DNA of 64,000 nucleotides from the NCBI GenBank assembly GCA_965213625.1, contig CBDBZU010000004.1, forward strand, positions 832,001-896,000, given 5' to 3'. The position numbers and the translations under genes were made by a program. The notes beneath the pieces were generated by a model. That model was not told the DNA's origin, ran no database searches, and was given only the letters and a program-made list of their open reading frames with translations. Positions 31,423 to 40,529 of this stretch are shown here, piece after piece. How positions within the stretch are numbered: the first letter of the stretch is position 1; each line of letters begins with the position of its first letter. This DNA is from a bacterium (GTDB lineage Bacteria; UBA8248).

Positions 31423-32439
31423 ATGGATGAATTTGAATTTTTCTTTCAAAAATCCTGGTCGGATGGTCTGCCGGTAATCCCCCCAACCCAGGAACGGATG
31501 GCCACCATGCTCTCGGGCACCAGACTCGGGGCTTCGGAGGTCATTGGATTGGTGCCGCCCCTCATGGGAGAGGCCAGCGTTGAAGCTGTTGCCGCGCACG
31601 CCGTGATGGCGGGCTGTGAACCATCGTATTTGCCTGTCGTTCTTGCAGGACTCAGAGCGCTCCTTGCACCGAAACTCAACTTGAACGGCGTGCAGGGCAC
31701 CATGCACAGTGCAGCCCCTTTGATCATCGTGAATGGTCCATATGCGAAAATAATCGGTCTGCACGGCGGAACGGGGTGCTTTGGTCCGGGTTTTCGGGCG
31801 AATGCGACGATTGGCCGCGCCATCCGGCTTATGCTCATGAACCTGGGCGGCGGTGTGCCGGTTTCCGCCTCGATGAGCACGTTCGGCTCTCCTGCCAGAT
31901 ATACGTTTTGCATTGCCGAAAATGAAGCGGAAAGCCCTTGGGAGCCATTGTCCGTCACGAGAGGATTTCATCAGGATGACGATGTTGTAACCGCCGTGAT
32001 GACGGAGGCGCCTCAAGGATATATCGATGATTATTCAAAAGAGCCGGAATCTTTTTTTGTGGGTTTGGCGGATAAAATATCCACCCTGGGTTCACTGAAT
32101 ATCTGGCTGAAGACCCAGGTTGCTGTTGCTTTGGGTCCCGATCATGCGCACATGTGCGCGGATGCGGGTCTGGATAAAAAAGACGTACATCGCCGAATTA
32201 TGAAGCTTGCACGCAGGCCCTTGGGAGAGTTGAAAAAATCTGGTTATTGGCGTGAGGAGATGATTGCCAAGTGGACATTTGATCTCGACCTGCAGGATGA
32301 TTCTTTTATGGTACCGGCGATTAAGGATGAGGACGATCTGGTACTTCTCGTCGCAGGGGGTACGCCCGGGCCGGTGACGGCCGTCATGCCCGGTTGGGTG
32401 GATGGCAGCGAGGCGGTTTCAATTGATTATGAACCTTAA
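31423..32439 (+). CDS. Uncharacterised ~340-aa protein, paralogue 3 of 4
   Basis: Same motifs as paralogue 1. Confidence 0.85.
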   Translation: MDEFEFFFQKSWSDGLPVIPPTQERMATMLSGTRLGASEVIGLVPPLMGEASVEAVAAHAVMAGCEPSYLPVVLAGLRALLAPKLNLNGVQGTMHSAAPLIIVNGPYAKIIGLHGGTGCFGPGFRANATIGRAIRLMLMNLGGGVPVSASMSTFGSPARYTFCIAENEAESPWEPLSVTRGFHQDDDVVTAVMTEAPQGYIDDYSKEPESFFVGLADKISTLGSLNIWLKTQVAVALGPDHAHMCADAGLDKKDVHRRIMKLARRPLGELKKSGYWREEMIAKWTFDLDLQDDSFMVPAIKDEDDLVLLVAGGTPGPVTAVMPGWVDGSEAVSIDYEP

Positions 32440-32474
32440 GCCTTTCTTTTAGGCTTGGTTTTGAGGATTAGCGA

Positions 32475-33494
32475 ATGGATGAGTTTGAGTTTTTCTTTGA
32501 TAAAGAATGGTCGGATGGCCTACCCGTCGTGACCCCGACAGAAGAGCGAATCGGTTTGATGCTCTCGGGTACGACAAAAGAGCCGGGCGAAGTACTCGGC
32601 TGCGTGGCTCCGGCGGGCGCGGAACTCAGCGTACAAGGAGTGGCGGCCCACGCTGTTATGGCGGGCTGTAAGCCCGGGTATATGCCGGTGCTGATTGCCG
32701 GGCTGGAAGCGCTTTTAGATGAACGTTTTAACGTAAATCTGATTCAGGCTACGACGAGCGCGGGCGCTCCATTTCTTTTGGTCAATGGCCCCTATGCCAA
32801 AGAGGTCGGGCTGCATGGCGGTGTGGGCTGCATGGGTCCCGGCTTTCGCGCGAACCTGACCATTGGCCGCGCTGTGCGGCTCGTCATGATGAATGTGGGA
32901 GGCGGCATTCCCGGAATCACATGTCTCGGCGGTTTTGGAGGTCCCTGGCGAAGCACTTTTTGCATCATGGAGAACGAGGAGGAATCCCCTTGGGAGTCGT
33001 ATGCGGAATCCAAAGGATTTTCACAGAGCGATAACGTGGTGACCATGATTCCCCTCGAAGGGCCGGTGCAGGTATGGGACGATGCGAGTCTGACTCCTGA
33101 ACGGCTCCTGACGACGGTTGCCGACATGATGTCCGCATTGGGCGGTCCCAATATGTATCGACAAGCGGATATGGCGGTTGTCCTGGGTGCGCAACATGCG
33201 CATATTTGCGCTGACGCCGGGCTGACTCGCAGTGATGTCCATAAAAAATTACTGGAAACGGGTGGGCGCACAATAGGGGAGATAAAGCGCGGCGGCATCT
33301 GGCGAGGCGAGAAAGGCGCGGTTCGATGGCCATTTCCCGTGGACGTGAATGATGATGATTTTTTTGTGCCTGCGGTAGGAGATCCCGACGATCTTCATTT
33401 GATTGTCGCAGGTAGCAGGGGCTCACCTTCCAGCATGGTCATGCACGGAATTACCGTGGCGTGTCGTGCTGTGTCAAAAAGATTTGATGTGTGA
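32475..33494 (+). CDS. Uncharacterised ~340-aa protein, paralogue 4 of 4
   Basis: Same motifs as paralogue 1; most divergent in the variable loops. Confidence 0.85.
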   Translation: MDEFEFFFDKEWSDGLPVVTPTEERIGLMLSGTTKEPGEVLGCVAPAGAELSVQGVAAHAVMAGCKPGYMPVLIAGLEALLDERFNVNLIQATTSAGAPFLLVNGPYAKEVGLHGGVGCMGPGFRANLTIGRAVRLVMMNVGGGIPGITCLGGFGGPWRSTFCIMENEEESPWESYAESKGFSQSDNVVTMIPLEGPVQVWDDASLTPERLLTTVADMMSALGGPNMYRQADMAVVLGAQHAHICADAGLTRSDVHKKLLETGGRTIGEIKRGGIWRGEKGAVRWPFPVDVNDDDFFVPAVGDPDDLHLIVAGSRGSPSSMVMHGITVACRAVSKRFDV

Positions 33495-33619
33495 AAGGTT
33501 TTGTTTCCAAAAGATGGTGGACATAAGGCTGTAATTTCAGCAACATATATCTAAATTTCTAAAGACTCCAATCGGTCAGCTTTTTGTAATCCCAGATATG
33601 TAGTGTGCGTCCTTCAGAT

Positions 33620-33651
33620 AAGAGCCCCGACAAAATTGCCGGGGCTCTTTT
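33620..33651. terminator. Bidirectional rho-independent terminator
   Basis: AAGAGCCCCG-ACAAAATTGC-CGGGGCTCTTTT between convergent genes. Confidence 0.75.
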
Positions 33652-33665
33652 GTGATTAACGTTTG

Positions 33666-35927
33666 TTAATGGCCGTTGCTATTGCCGTTTTTCTTTATGA
33701 CCGCCCGGCAGACACGCTCGGGCGTGATGGGAAGGTCGTAGACTTCCGTGCCTATCGCATCATTGATGGCGAGGGCGACGGCTGCCGGCGCGTTATTGCA
33801 TGGGGGTTCTCCGACGCCGCGTGCGCCATATGGGCCTGCGCCCTCTCCACATTCAAGAACAACAGACTCAAACTCACCGATATCCGAGGAAGTGGGAATC
33901 AGATACTCGTGAAAGCTTTGTGATCGGCAGTCTCCTTCCACCATGGTGATTTCTTCATGCAGCGCATAGCCAATCCCCATCACCGCGCCGCCTTCGAATT
34001 GCCCTTCCACGCTTTGAGGATTCAGCGCTCGCCCGACATCATGGGAGGCGATGTGCTTCAAGAGATTCACTTCGCCGGTTTCGATATCGACCTCCACTTC
34101 GCTCGCATGAACGCCAAATGTGTAGTCCGACCATCCGCCCATACCGTTCATGTATCGCTGCGGGTTCTCGTATTCATGTCCCGGCATGTTGTAGCCATGG
34201 GTGCAATGCAGGGCTTCACCCATTTTTTTGGCTTCCCCAGCCGCAGCACCGATGCCAACCCTTCTCTCGGGAGCGGAGGCCACCCATGCCTCCCCACTTC
34301 CAACACGGATGTCCTCTTCAGAAGCTTCGAGCAACGAGGCGGCGCCTTTGGTCACGGCTTTCCGAACCTCGTCTGCGGCAAGTTGAACGGCATGCCCCGC
34401 CATGAGTGTCTGGCGAGAACCTGCAGTAATGCCTGAGAGTGGTGTAGTAGCGGAATCGGACAAACGGGTGGAAACCTGATCGAGCCTGAGCCCGAGGGTT
34501 TCAGCCGTTATGCTTTGAAGCGTAGCGCCCTGGCCGGCGCCTATGTCAGGCGCGCTTACACGTACTACGGCGCTGCCATCCGGCTCAAGGTGAACCGCCG
34601 CATTCGCATCGTCATTCGGCCTTCCGTAGCCGGTGATGTTCGCGGCCGCCGCCCGGCCGATACGTTTGCCCGGACCTGGTTCTGTGGGTTCACCCAGGGC
34701 CTGTAGCGCGCTGTCGAGGCATCCTTCCAGGTTCGGTTCGTAAGGTATCTTCTGTCCGGTCGGCAGTTCCTGTCCTTTCTGGATGAAATTTTTCCGCCTG
34801 AATTCGTACTTGTCCAACCCTAGGGCATCTGCAACCAGGTTCATTTGGGTCTCATATGCGAAGCAGACCTGGTTTGATCCGACACCGCGCATCGCGTTGG
34901 TGATGGGATTGTTCGTGAGGTAGCCGTGCGCACGAATTTTTGCGTTAGGGACATCGTAAGGGCCGGCGGCGATGCACATTGCGCCTAGGAGGAACAAGTT
35001 GGATTTATACGGATAGGCGCCAGCGTCTCCTACGATGTCCGCCTGTACGGCCAGGATTTTCCCGTCCTTGGTCGCTCCTGTTTTGTATTTCATATAGAAA
35101 GGGTGCTTTTTCGAGGTGTTTCGGATGCCGTGTTCGCGGCCCAACACCATAACGGCGGGCCTTTGCGTATGCCAGGTGAGCAGCGCCAGATAAGGTTCTA
35201 CGGTCAGCATGCCCTTGGCGCCGAACCCGCCGCCGACGTAAGTGCCGAGATGGCGGACGCGGCTATGCGAGATTCCTAAAATCGCTGCAATGGCGCGGTA
35301 GTATTCGATAAGCTGTGTGCCGACGCGGATGGTGATGACGCCGTCTTCTTCCATCCAGGAAGTACCGGAGGCCGGTTCCAGGAAGGCGTGTTCGGCGAGT
35401 TGCGTAGTGTATGTTTTCTCAATCACCACGTCGGCTTCGTCAAACGCTGTCTTCAAGTCTCCGCGGGTAACCTCAAAATCACACGCTTGTCGTTTTTCAG
35501 CGCTTGTTTCATCGTGACGCGTTGTCCACACGCCCTCTTCCGCCTCGATTTCCACTTCAATGGCCGCTATCGCGGCATCAAGCGCTTCTCTGTTTTCGGC
35601 TCCTACGATGGCGAGAGCGTCTCCCGTGAATTCAATTTTATCTTCCACCAGAACAGGCTGATGGGGCAGACCCGGCGTGCCGGAGCCGAATCGCGCGTTT
35701 GTGCCCGGAATATCCTTTGCAGTCAGAATGGCGGCAACGCCCGGGATTTTTTCGGCTTTTGAAGTGTCGAGTTTTTTCAGGCGGCCGACCGGGATGGGTG
35801 TAAACAATACGCCGCACTGCAGAGCCCCTGCAGGAACTGCATCTTCTCCGTAGGGCATAGAGCCATCCGCTTTCGGAATCGCGTCGTATCGAACATTCGA
35901 CTTGCCGATGATATCGTAATCGGCCAT
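33666..35927 (-). CDS. Xanthine-dehydrogenase-family molybdopterin-binding large subunit
   Basis: HAFLEP, YVGGGFGAK, AMRGVG, DIGAGQG, AGSR, DVGRALNP..VEGQFEGG, ARGVGEP. AAGGAG RBS before MADYD. Confidence 0.93.
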   Translation of the reverse strand: MADYDIIGKSNVRYDAIPKADGSMPYGEDAVPAGALQCGVLFTPIPVGRLKKLDTSKAEKIPGVAAILTAKDIPGTNARFGSGTPGLPHQPVLVEDKIEFTGDALAIVGAENREALDAAIAAIEVEIEAEEGVWTTRHDETSAEKRQACDFEVTRGDLKTAFDEADVVIEKTYTTQLAEHAFLEPASGTSWMEEDGVITIRVGTQLIEYYRAIAAILGISHSRVRHLGTYVGGGFGAKGMLTVEPYLALLTWHTQRPAVMVLGREHGIRNTSKKHPFYMKYKTGATKDGKILAVQADIVGDAGAYPYKSNLFLLGAMCIAAGPYDVPNAKIRAHGYLTNNPITNAMRGVGSNQVCFAYETQMNLVADALGLDKYEFRRKNFIQKGQELPTGQKIPYEPNLEGCLDSALQALGEPTEPGPGKRIGRAAAANITGYGRPNDDANAAVHLEPDGSAVVRVSAPDIGAGQGATLQSITAETLGLRLDQVSTRLSDSATTPLSGITAGSRQTLMAGHAVQLAADEVRKAVTKGAASLLEASEEDIRVGSGEAWVASAPERRVGIGAAAGEAKKMGEALHCTHGYNMPGHEYENPQRYMNGMGGWSDYTFGVHASEVEVDIETGEVNLLKHIASHDVGRALNPQSVEGQFEGGAVMGIGYALHEEITMVEGDCRSQSFHEYLIPTSSDIGEFESVVLECGEGAGPYGARGVGEPPCNNAPAAVALAINDAIGTEVYDLPITPERVCRAVIKKNGNSNGH

Positions 35928-36120
35928 ATGTCTGCTCCTTAAGGTAAGAGGATATCCGTGAATTAGACTTGATTCTGCCAAATTTCGGCGCAACTGAGAA
36001 GCGGACAATTCATCATTTGTTTTTTCATCTAAAATTGATTGTGTTGATATCGTAGACAAGGAATAAATTGCGGGATATGATTTGGCCACGGTTGAATTCA
36101 CATATCAATTGGAGAAAACC

Positions 36121-36651
36121 ATGGCGAACGGAATGGGATTCATTGATCCGACGGCGGGAGGGTCGGCCGCGCGAATCGAACTTGCGCAAAGGCCCGGCGA
36201 TCTTTCGGGTAAGGTGGTGGGGCTCCTCGACAACACCAAAGAACAAGCGGATATCATTTTGGAAACCTTGGGGAATGCCCTCCGTGAGCAATACGACGTG
36301 GCCAGAGTCATTTCGATGCGAAAAGAGCATTACTCGAAGCCTGCCACTGATGAAATGATCGAAGAAATGGCCCAGGAGGTGGATGTGGCGATAGCCGCAT
36401 TGGGAGGCTGAGGCTCCTGCACGTTGTGCAGTGTGCACGACACGGTTGAATTTGAAAAACGGGGCATTCCTTCAACGACCATTATTACCGAGGCGTTCAA
36501 GAACGCGGCGGACTTTCAATTCCGTGGCAAGGGCATGGAAGGGCATCCTTATATTCAGTTGCCTCATCCGGTCAGTAATTTACAGCCTGATGAAATGAGA
36601 GACACGACGCTGAAGTTTGTCGAAGAAGTAGCCGGCCACCTGAAAAGCTGA
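36121..36651 (+). CDS. UGSC-family selenoprotein, 176 aa, Sec97 (TGA at 36409-36411)
   Basis: ORFs 36082-36411 and 36424-36651 are in one frame and read ALGG-TGA-GSCTLCSVHD..EKRGIP..LPHP. A hairpin follows the TGA. Confidence 0.88.
36423..36441 (+). promoter_or_regulatory. Candidate bacterial SECIS element
   Basis: GTTGTGCA-GTG-TGCACGAC 8-bp stem beginning 11 nt after the UGA, with a G-initiated loop. Confidence 0.6.
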
Positions 36652-36692
36652 TCCAAATTATAGAGAAAAGTATTTTCCAGGAGGAAAGGTAC

Positions 36693-37475
36693 GTGCGCGA
36701 ATTTGAAACAATTTCCTATACGGAAGAAGATGGATTGGCGGTAGTGAAGTTCAACCGCCCGGAGAGTCTGAACGCGATAAGTTTCAAGATGGCGGAAGAA
36801 TTCGTGGAACTGGCGCGAACCTTGGCCGACGCGCAGAATGTGCGTGTGGTCATTCTTACTGGAGAGGGACGTGGTTTCAGTACGGGGCGCGATCTGAAAG
36901 AAAGCACCACGCATACGAAGGAGATGGCCGATCAATACCAGCGCTATGTGATGACGGCGACGTCTCTATGGGCACGCTTGCCAATGCCTACCATCGCCGC
37001 GATCAACGGCCATACGTTCGGCTGGGGCGTCGAAATTACCTTGGTATGCGATATCAGGCTTGCAGCAGTTGAAGCCACTCTTTGTTTTCCGGAGTGCAGC
37101 CTTGGTATTTTCCCGGGGGCCGGCGGCGTGGTCTGGCTTCAAAGAGTCATGCCGGCCGGACAGGCGAAGGAATTGGTTTACACAAGCAAGAGGATCGATG
37201 GAAAAGAAGCCGAGCGTATCGGCTTGGTGAATAAGGCGCATCCGCTGGACGTGCTGATGGATGAAGCGACAGCCATCGCTGAGAAGATAAGGGACAATGG
37301 CCCCTTGGGTGTTCGTGGCGCGAAAAAAGCAATTGACCAGACGCTCGATATGCCGCTTTCTCAGGCTATCGAATTTTCAAATGCCCTCAGGTTGCCGTTG
37401 AATCACACCAAGGATTTCGCCGAGGCGCTGCAGGCGTTCAAAGAGAAGAGGAAACCAGTATTTACCGGAGAATAA
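36693..37475 (+). CDS. Enoyl-CoA hydratase/isomerase family protein
   Basis: NRPESLNA, FSTGRDL, GWGVE, FPECSLGIFPGAGG; both catalytic Glu positions present. Confidence 0.93.
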   Translation: MREFETISYTEEDGLAVVKFNRPESLNAISFKMAEEFVELARTLADAQNVRVVILTGEGRGFSTGRDLKESTTHTKEMADQYQRYVMTATSLWARLPMPTIAAINGHTFGWGVEITLVCDIRLAAVEATLCFPECSLGIFPGAGGVVWLQRVMPAGQAKELVYTSKRIDGKEAERIGLVNKAHPLDVLMDEATAIAEKIRDNGPLGVRGAKKAIDQTLDMPLSQAIEFSNALRLPLNHTKDFAEALQAFKEKRKPVFTGE

Positions 37476-37502
37476 AGAAGTTGGAATTTCCATGAAACAT
37501 AG

Positions 37503-37532
37503 AGCCTGTCCCATTTAGAGGACGGGCTTTTT
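37503..37532 (+). terminator. Rho-independent terminator
   Basis: AGCCTGTCC-CATTTAGA-GGACGGGCT-TTTT. Confidence 0.65.
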
Positions 37533-37549
37533 GTTCATTGTGGCGGGAT

Positions 37550-38251
37550 ATGAATAGAAACCTCCTCATCACACATAATGAATCCCAAGTCGCGAGCATT
37601 ACCGTGAATCGGCCGGAAGCGCGAAATGCTTTCAACACGGCATTGATGGAAGCCATGTGTAAGGAAATGGAGGATATTAAAAAGACGCCGGACATTAAAG
37701 TCCTTATCGTGACGGGCGCGGGAAGCTCTTTTTCTTCGGGACGCGATCTCAAGGAAAGCGCCACCCATACGAAAGAACAAGTGAAGCGATTCATGATTTT
37801 GGGCGAGCGGTGGAGCACGGCTCTTCGTGAACTACCCATTCCGACAATAGCAGCGGTGAATGGACCCGCTTTCGGATGGGGGATGGTGTTGATGCTCTCT
37901 TGCGATATTCGTGTTGCAGTGGACGCCGCCGTTTTGGGTTATCCGGAAACTGCGTTGGGAGTATTTCCGGGAGGAGACGCCACAGTTCGTCTGACGCGTC
38001 AGATTTTTGTTCCATTCGTGAAAGATTTAGTGCTCACCGGCAGAAGATTTGATGCGCGAGAGGGATATCGCTTAGGATTGGTGAATCGCATCACATCGCA
38101 AAGAGACCTGATGAAGGAAACTCGCGCTCTGGCGAATAAAATTGCGCAACATCCGCCGGAGAGATTAAGAGAGTTGAAATCAAAGTTTTTGAAAATCGAA
38201 GCGATGCCGCGTTTTGGCCATTTGTCGGTAGCCGAGAAATTCGATCGATGA
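37550..38251 (+). CDS. Enoyl-CoA hydratase/isomerase family protein (second, degenerate paralogue)
   Basis: NRPEARNA, FSSGRDLKES, GWGMV (first Glu absent), YPETALG. Confidence 0.88.
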   Translation: MNRNLLITHNESQVASITVNRPEARNAFNTALMEAMCKEMEDIKKTPDIKVLIVTGAGSSFSSGRDLKESATHTKEQVKRFMILGERWSTALRELPIPTIAAVNGPAFGWGMVLMLSCDIRVAVDAAVLGYPETALGVFPGGDATVRLTRQIFVPFVKDLVLTGRRFDAREGYRLGLVNRITSQRDLMKETRALANKIAQHPPERLRELKSKFLKIEAMPRFGHLSVAEKFDR

Positions 38252-38631
38252 AAGTCAGGGAGTGCTTTTTGCAGGCTGTAGCGATCGTTGGAGTGGAGGA
38301 AGACGCCAGAGAAACCTGGGCGGCAATGAATAGGATAAACGCGCCTTGGGCGGCGGTTTTTGATGGTATGCACCTGATTGGCGTTGTAAGCAAAATAGAC
38401 CTCGATGCGTTTCTTCGTGTGCCCGAGGTATTTCAAGAAGTGGGAGAGATTGCCAAAACGGATATGCCTTCGAGGAGAGGGATATCGCTGTCCCCGAACA
38501 CGGATTTGAACGAGGCTGTTATTCGGCTTGAGCTCGCGGGAGCGGATGCCGCTTTTGTCGAAGGCGTCGGCAGGCCGCATGGCGTCATGGCGATGGAAGC
38601 AGCCAATCACGCATTGTCTCGTTCTTCTTGA
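38248..38631 (+). CDS. CBS-domain-like protein
   Basis: MKVRE..; V-x-D-x3-LIGVVSKIDL; LSPNTDLNEAV..GRPHGVM resembles a CBS pair. Confidence 0.55.
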   Translation: MKVRECFLQAVAIVGVEEDARETWAAMNRINAPWAAVFDGMHLIGVVSKIDLDAFLRVPEVFQEVGEIAKTDMPSRRGISLSPNTDLNEAVIRLELAGADAAFVEGVGRPHGVMAMEAANHALSRSS

Positions 38632-38706
38632 TGCGCATTTGTTTTCCCTTAGGGTAGCCGAATCATTCGCCTCTCTTTCAGGGGGTGATTGGCGGGAGGA
38701 GCGTCC

Positions 38707-39903
38707 ATGGAATTCACTTTGAATGATGAGCAAAAACGGATTCAGGGAATAGCCAGGAAATTTTCCTATGAAGAACTTGCCCCGGTGGCTCCCGAGCGTG
38801 ATCGGATTCAGAACTGGGAAGAACGCATGCCGTGGGATCTGACCGAAAAAGCGAGCGCTTTGGGCTTAAGGCAACTTCCATACCCTAAAGAATATGGCGG
38901 AATGGGTGCCGATGTGCTTTCGTGTTGTTTGGCAGGCGAGGAACTTGCCGCGGGTGATCTGGGTTTTGCGGTGAACCTTGACCAGACCTGGAAGCTGTCC
39001 CATATCCTGGAAAAAGTAGAGCCTGAAGTCAGAGATCCCTGGATTAAACGCTTGTGCGAAGAACCGAGGTTCCTGGCTGCGATTTCCATGACGGAAGAAG
39101 GAGCAGGGACAGACCATCAGGGCTATTACGATGATCCCTCCATCGCGCTTTATGCGCATGCGGAGAAAGAAGGTGGAAAATGGATCATCAATGGCAAGAA
39201 ACGCTATGTCAGCAATGGTCCTATAGCATCGTTGTACGTATTGGCGGCGAGAACCGACCTCAGTAAAAACTTGAGGGAAGGTTTAACCGGCTTTCTGGTT
39301 CCAAGAGAGACCCCCGGCATATCGATAGGCGAGGTGCATGAAAAAATTGGCCAGCGTCTTTCTATGAATTCAGAAATTTTCTATGAAGACATCGAGATCC
39401 CCGAAAACCATATTATCTTAGGTGAAGGAAACATGTTCGAAATCAGGGGGAATCTCCTATCGATGGGGAAACCGGAAGCAGCCGCTACAGCCTTGGGCGT
39501 TGGACGCGCCGCGTTCGAGAAAGCGCTGGCTTACAGCCGCGAACGTGTCCAGGGCGGCAAGCCCATCGGCCAGCACCAGGCGATAGAATCCATACTCGCT
39601 GATATGGCGATGAATCTGGACATTGCGCGCACATATATCTGGCGCACCGCCTGGGCTGTGGACCATCAAAAGCCTTATGATTTCACGCAAGGATGGAAAT
39701 GCAAAATTTTCGCTTCAGAGGTCGCCTTTGATTGCGCGCGTCTGGGCATGGAGGTATTCGGCGGCGCAGGCATCATGCACGACGCTCCCATGGAGAAATA
39801 CCTTCGCGATGCCAGTACGTTCTTGCATTCAGACGGCACGAATCAAATCTTGCGGTTGAGAACCGGGCAAGCCTATGTGAAAGGAGTGGCTACGGCGTTT
39901 TAG
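38707..39903 (+). CDS. Acyl-CoA dehydrogenase family protein
   Basis: MEFTLNDEQ, PKEYGG, MTEEGAGTD, INGKKRYVSNG, ERVQGGKPI, FGGAG, DGTNQI. Confidence 0.93.
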   Translation: MEFTLNDEQKRIQGIARKFSYEELAPVAPERDRIQNWEERMPWDLTEKASALGLRQLPYPKEYGGMGADVLSCCLAGEELAAGDLGFAVNLDQTWKLSHILEKVEPEVRDPWIKRLCEEPRFLAAISMTEEGAGTDHQGYYDDPSIALYAHAEKEGGKWIINGKKRYVSNGPIASLYVLAARTDLSKNLREGLTGFLVPRETPGISIGEVHEKIGQRLSMNSEIFYEDIEIPENHIILGEGNMFEIRGNLLSMGKPEAAATALGVGRAAFEKALAYSRERVQGGKPIGQHQAIESILADMAMNLDIARTYIWRTAWAVDHQKPYDFTQGWKCKIFASEVAFDCARLGMEVFGGAGIMHDAPMEKYLRDASTFLHSDGTNQILRLRTGQAYVKGVATAF

Positions 39904-39926
39904 CGGTATAAAAGGGGGAATTTTTT

Positions 39927-40478
39927 ATGACGCGCCGGGTGGATAAATGGCGGCAGGGTGAATTGTTCCAGAAAGACGGTGAATCTCTGGAAAATCATGT
40001 TGCCGAATGGCTCCAGAAAGTGCGTGCGGAATTCTCCGTGTTTGTATCGGATAAAGGTATTGTGGAAATTAGAATGTTGAATGGCGTGGAAAAGCCTCTC
40101 GTGGCGGATCATGCGAGTGAGCAATCAACGCCGTTGAGTCGTCGAGCCTCAAAAGAGATAAAAGAGTATCTGGAGGGAACGCGAAAAAGTTTCGATTTGA
40201 AGACAGACCTCTCCTCCCTCACGCCTTTCATGATCAAAGTATTAATTGAGACGGAAAATATTCCTTATGGCGAGACGCGTTCTTACGGCTGGGTGGCGAA
40301 TCAAATTGGAAACCCGAAAGCTTCGCGTGCCGTAGGCCAGGCGTTACATAGAAATCCCGTTCCTCTTGTAATACCATGACACCGCGTTATCGCGAGCTCG
40401 GGCGAGCTCGGTGGGTTCGCAAGCAGCGTTTCTTTGAAGGTGGCGCTCTTGGCTCATGAGATGTATCACAAAAATTAG
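39927..40478 (+). CDS. ogt: Methylated-DNA--protein-cysteine methyltransferase with catalytic selenocysteine (Sec151, TGA at 40377-40379), 183 aa
   Basis: IPYGETRSY, RAVGQAL, NPVPLVIP-TGA-HRVIASSGELGGF..K..LLAHE. The TGA sits exactly at the Cys of the PCHR motif. Confidence 0.88.
40393..40410 (+). promoter_or_regulatory. Candidate bacterial SECIS element
   Basis: CGAGCTC-GGGC-GAGCTCG hairpin beginning 13 nt after the UGA. Confidence 0.6.
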
Positions 40479-40529
40479 GGTATGCGGATTTTGCTTGGGC
40501 GCATCCTAAAAAAACTTGGGGGATGAAAG

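Noticed and set aside
33666-35927. Aerobic CO dehydrogenase CoxL (form I)
   Set aside because: It lacks the AYxCSFR motif, and no coxM/coxS genes are adjacent.
36409-40379. Genome-wide TGA reassignment to Trp or Gly as the explanation for the in-frame TGAs
   Set aside because: TGA is the real stop for many genes here (tctB, transposase, yicC, gmk, coaBC) and Trp is encoded by TGG. Both read-through sites fall at Cys-type positions.
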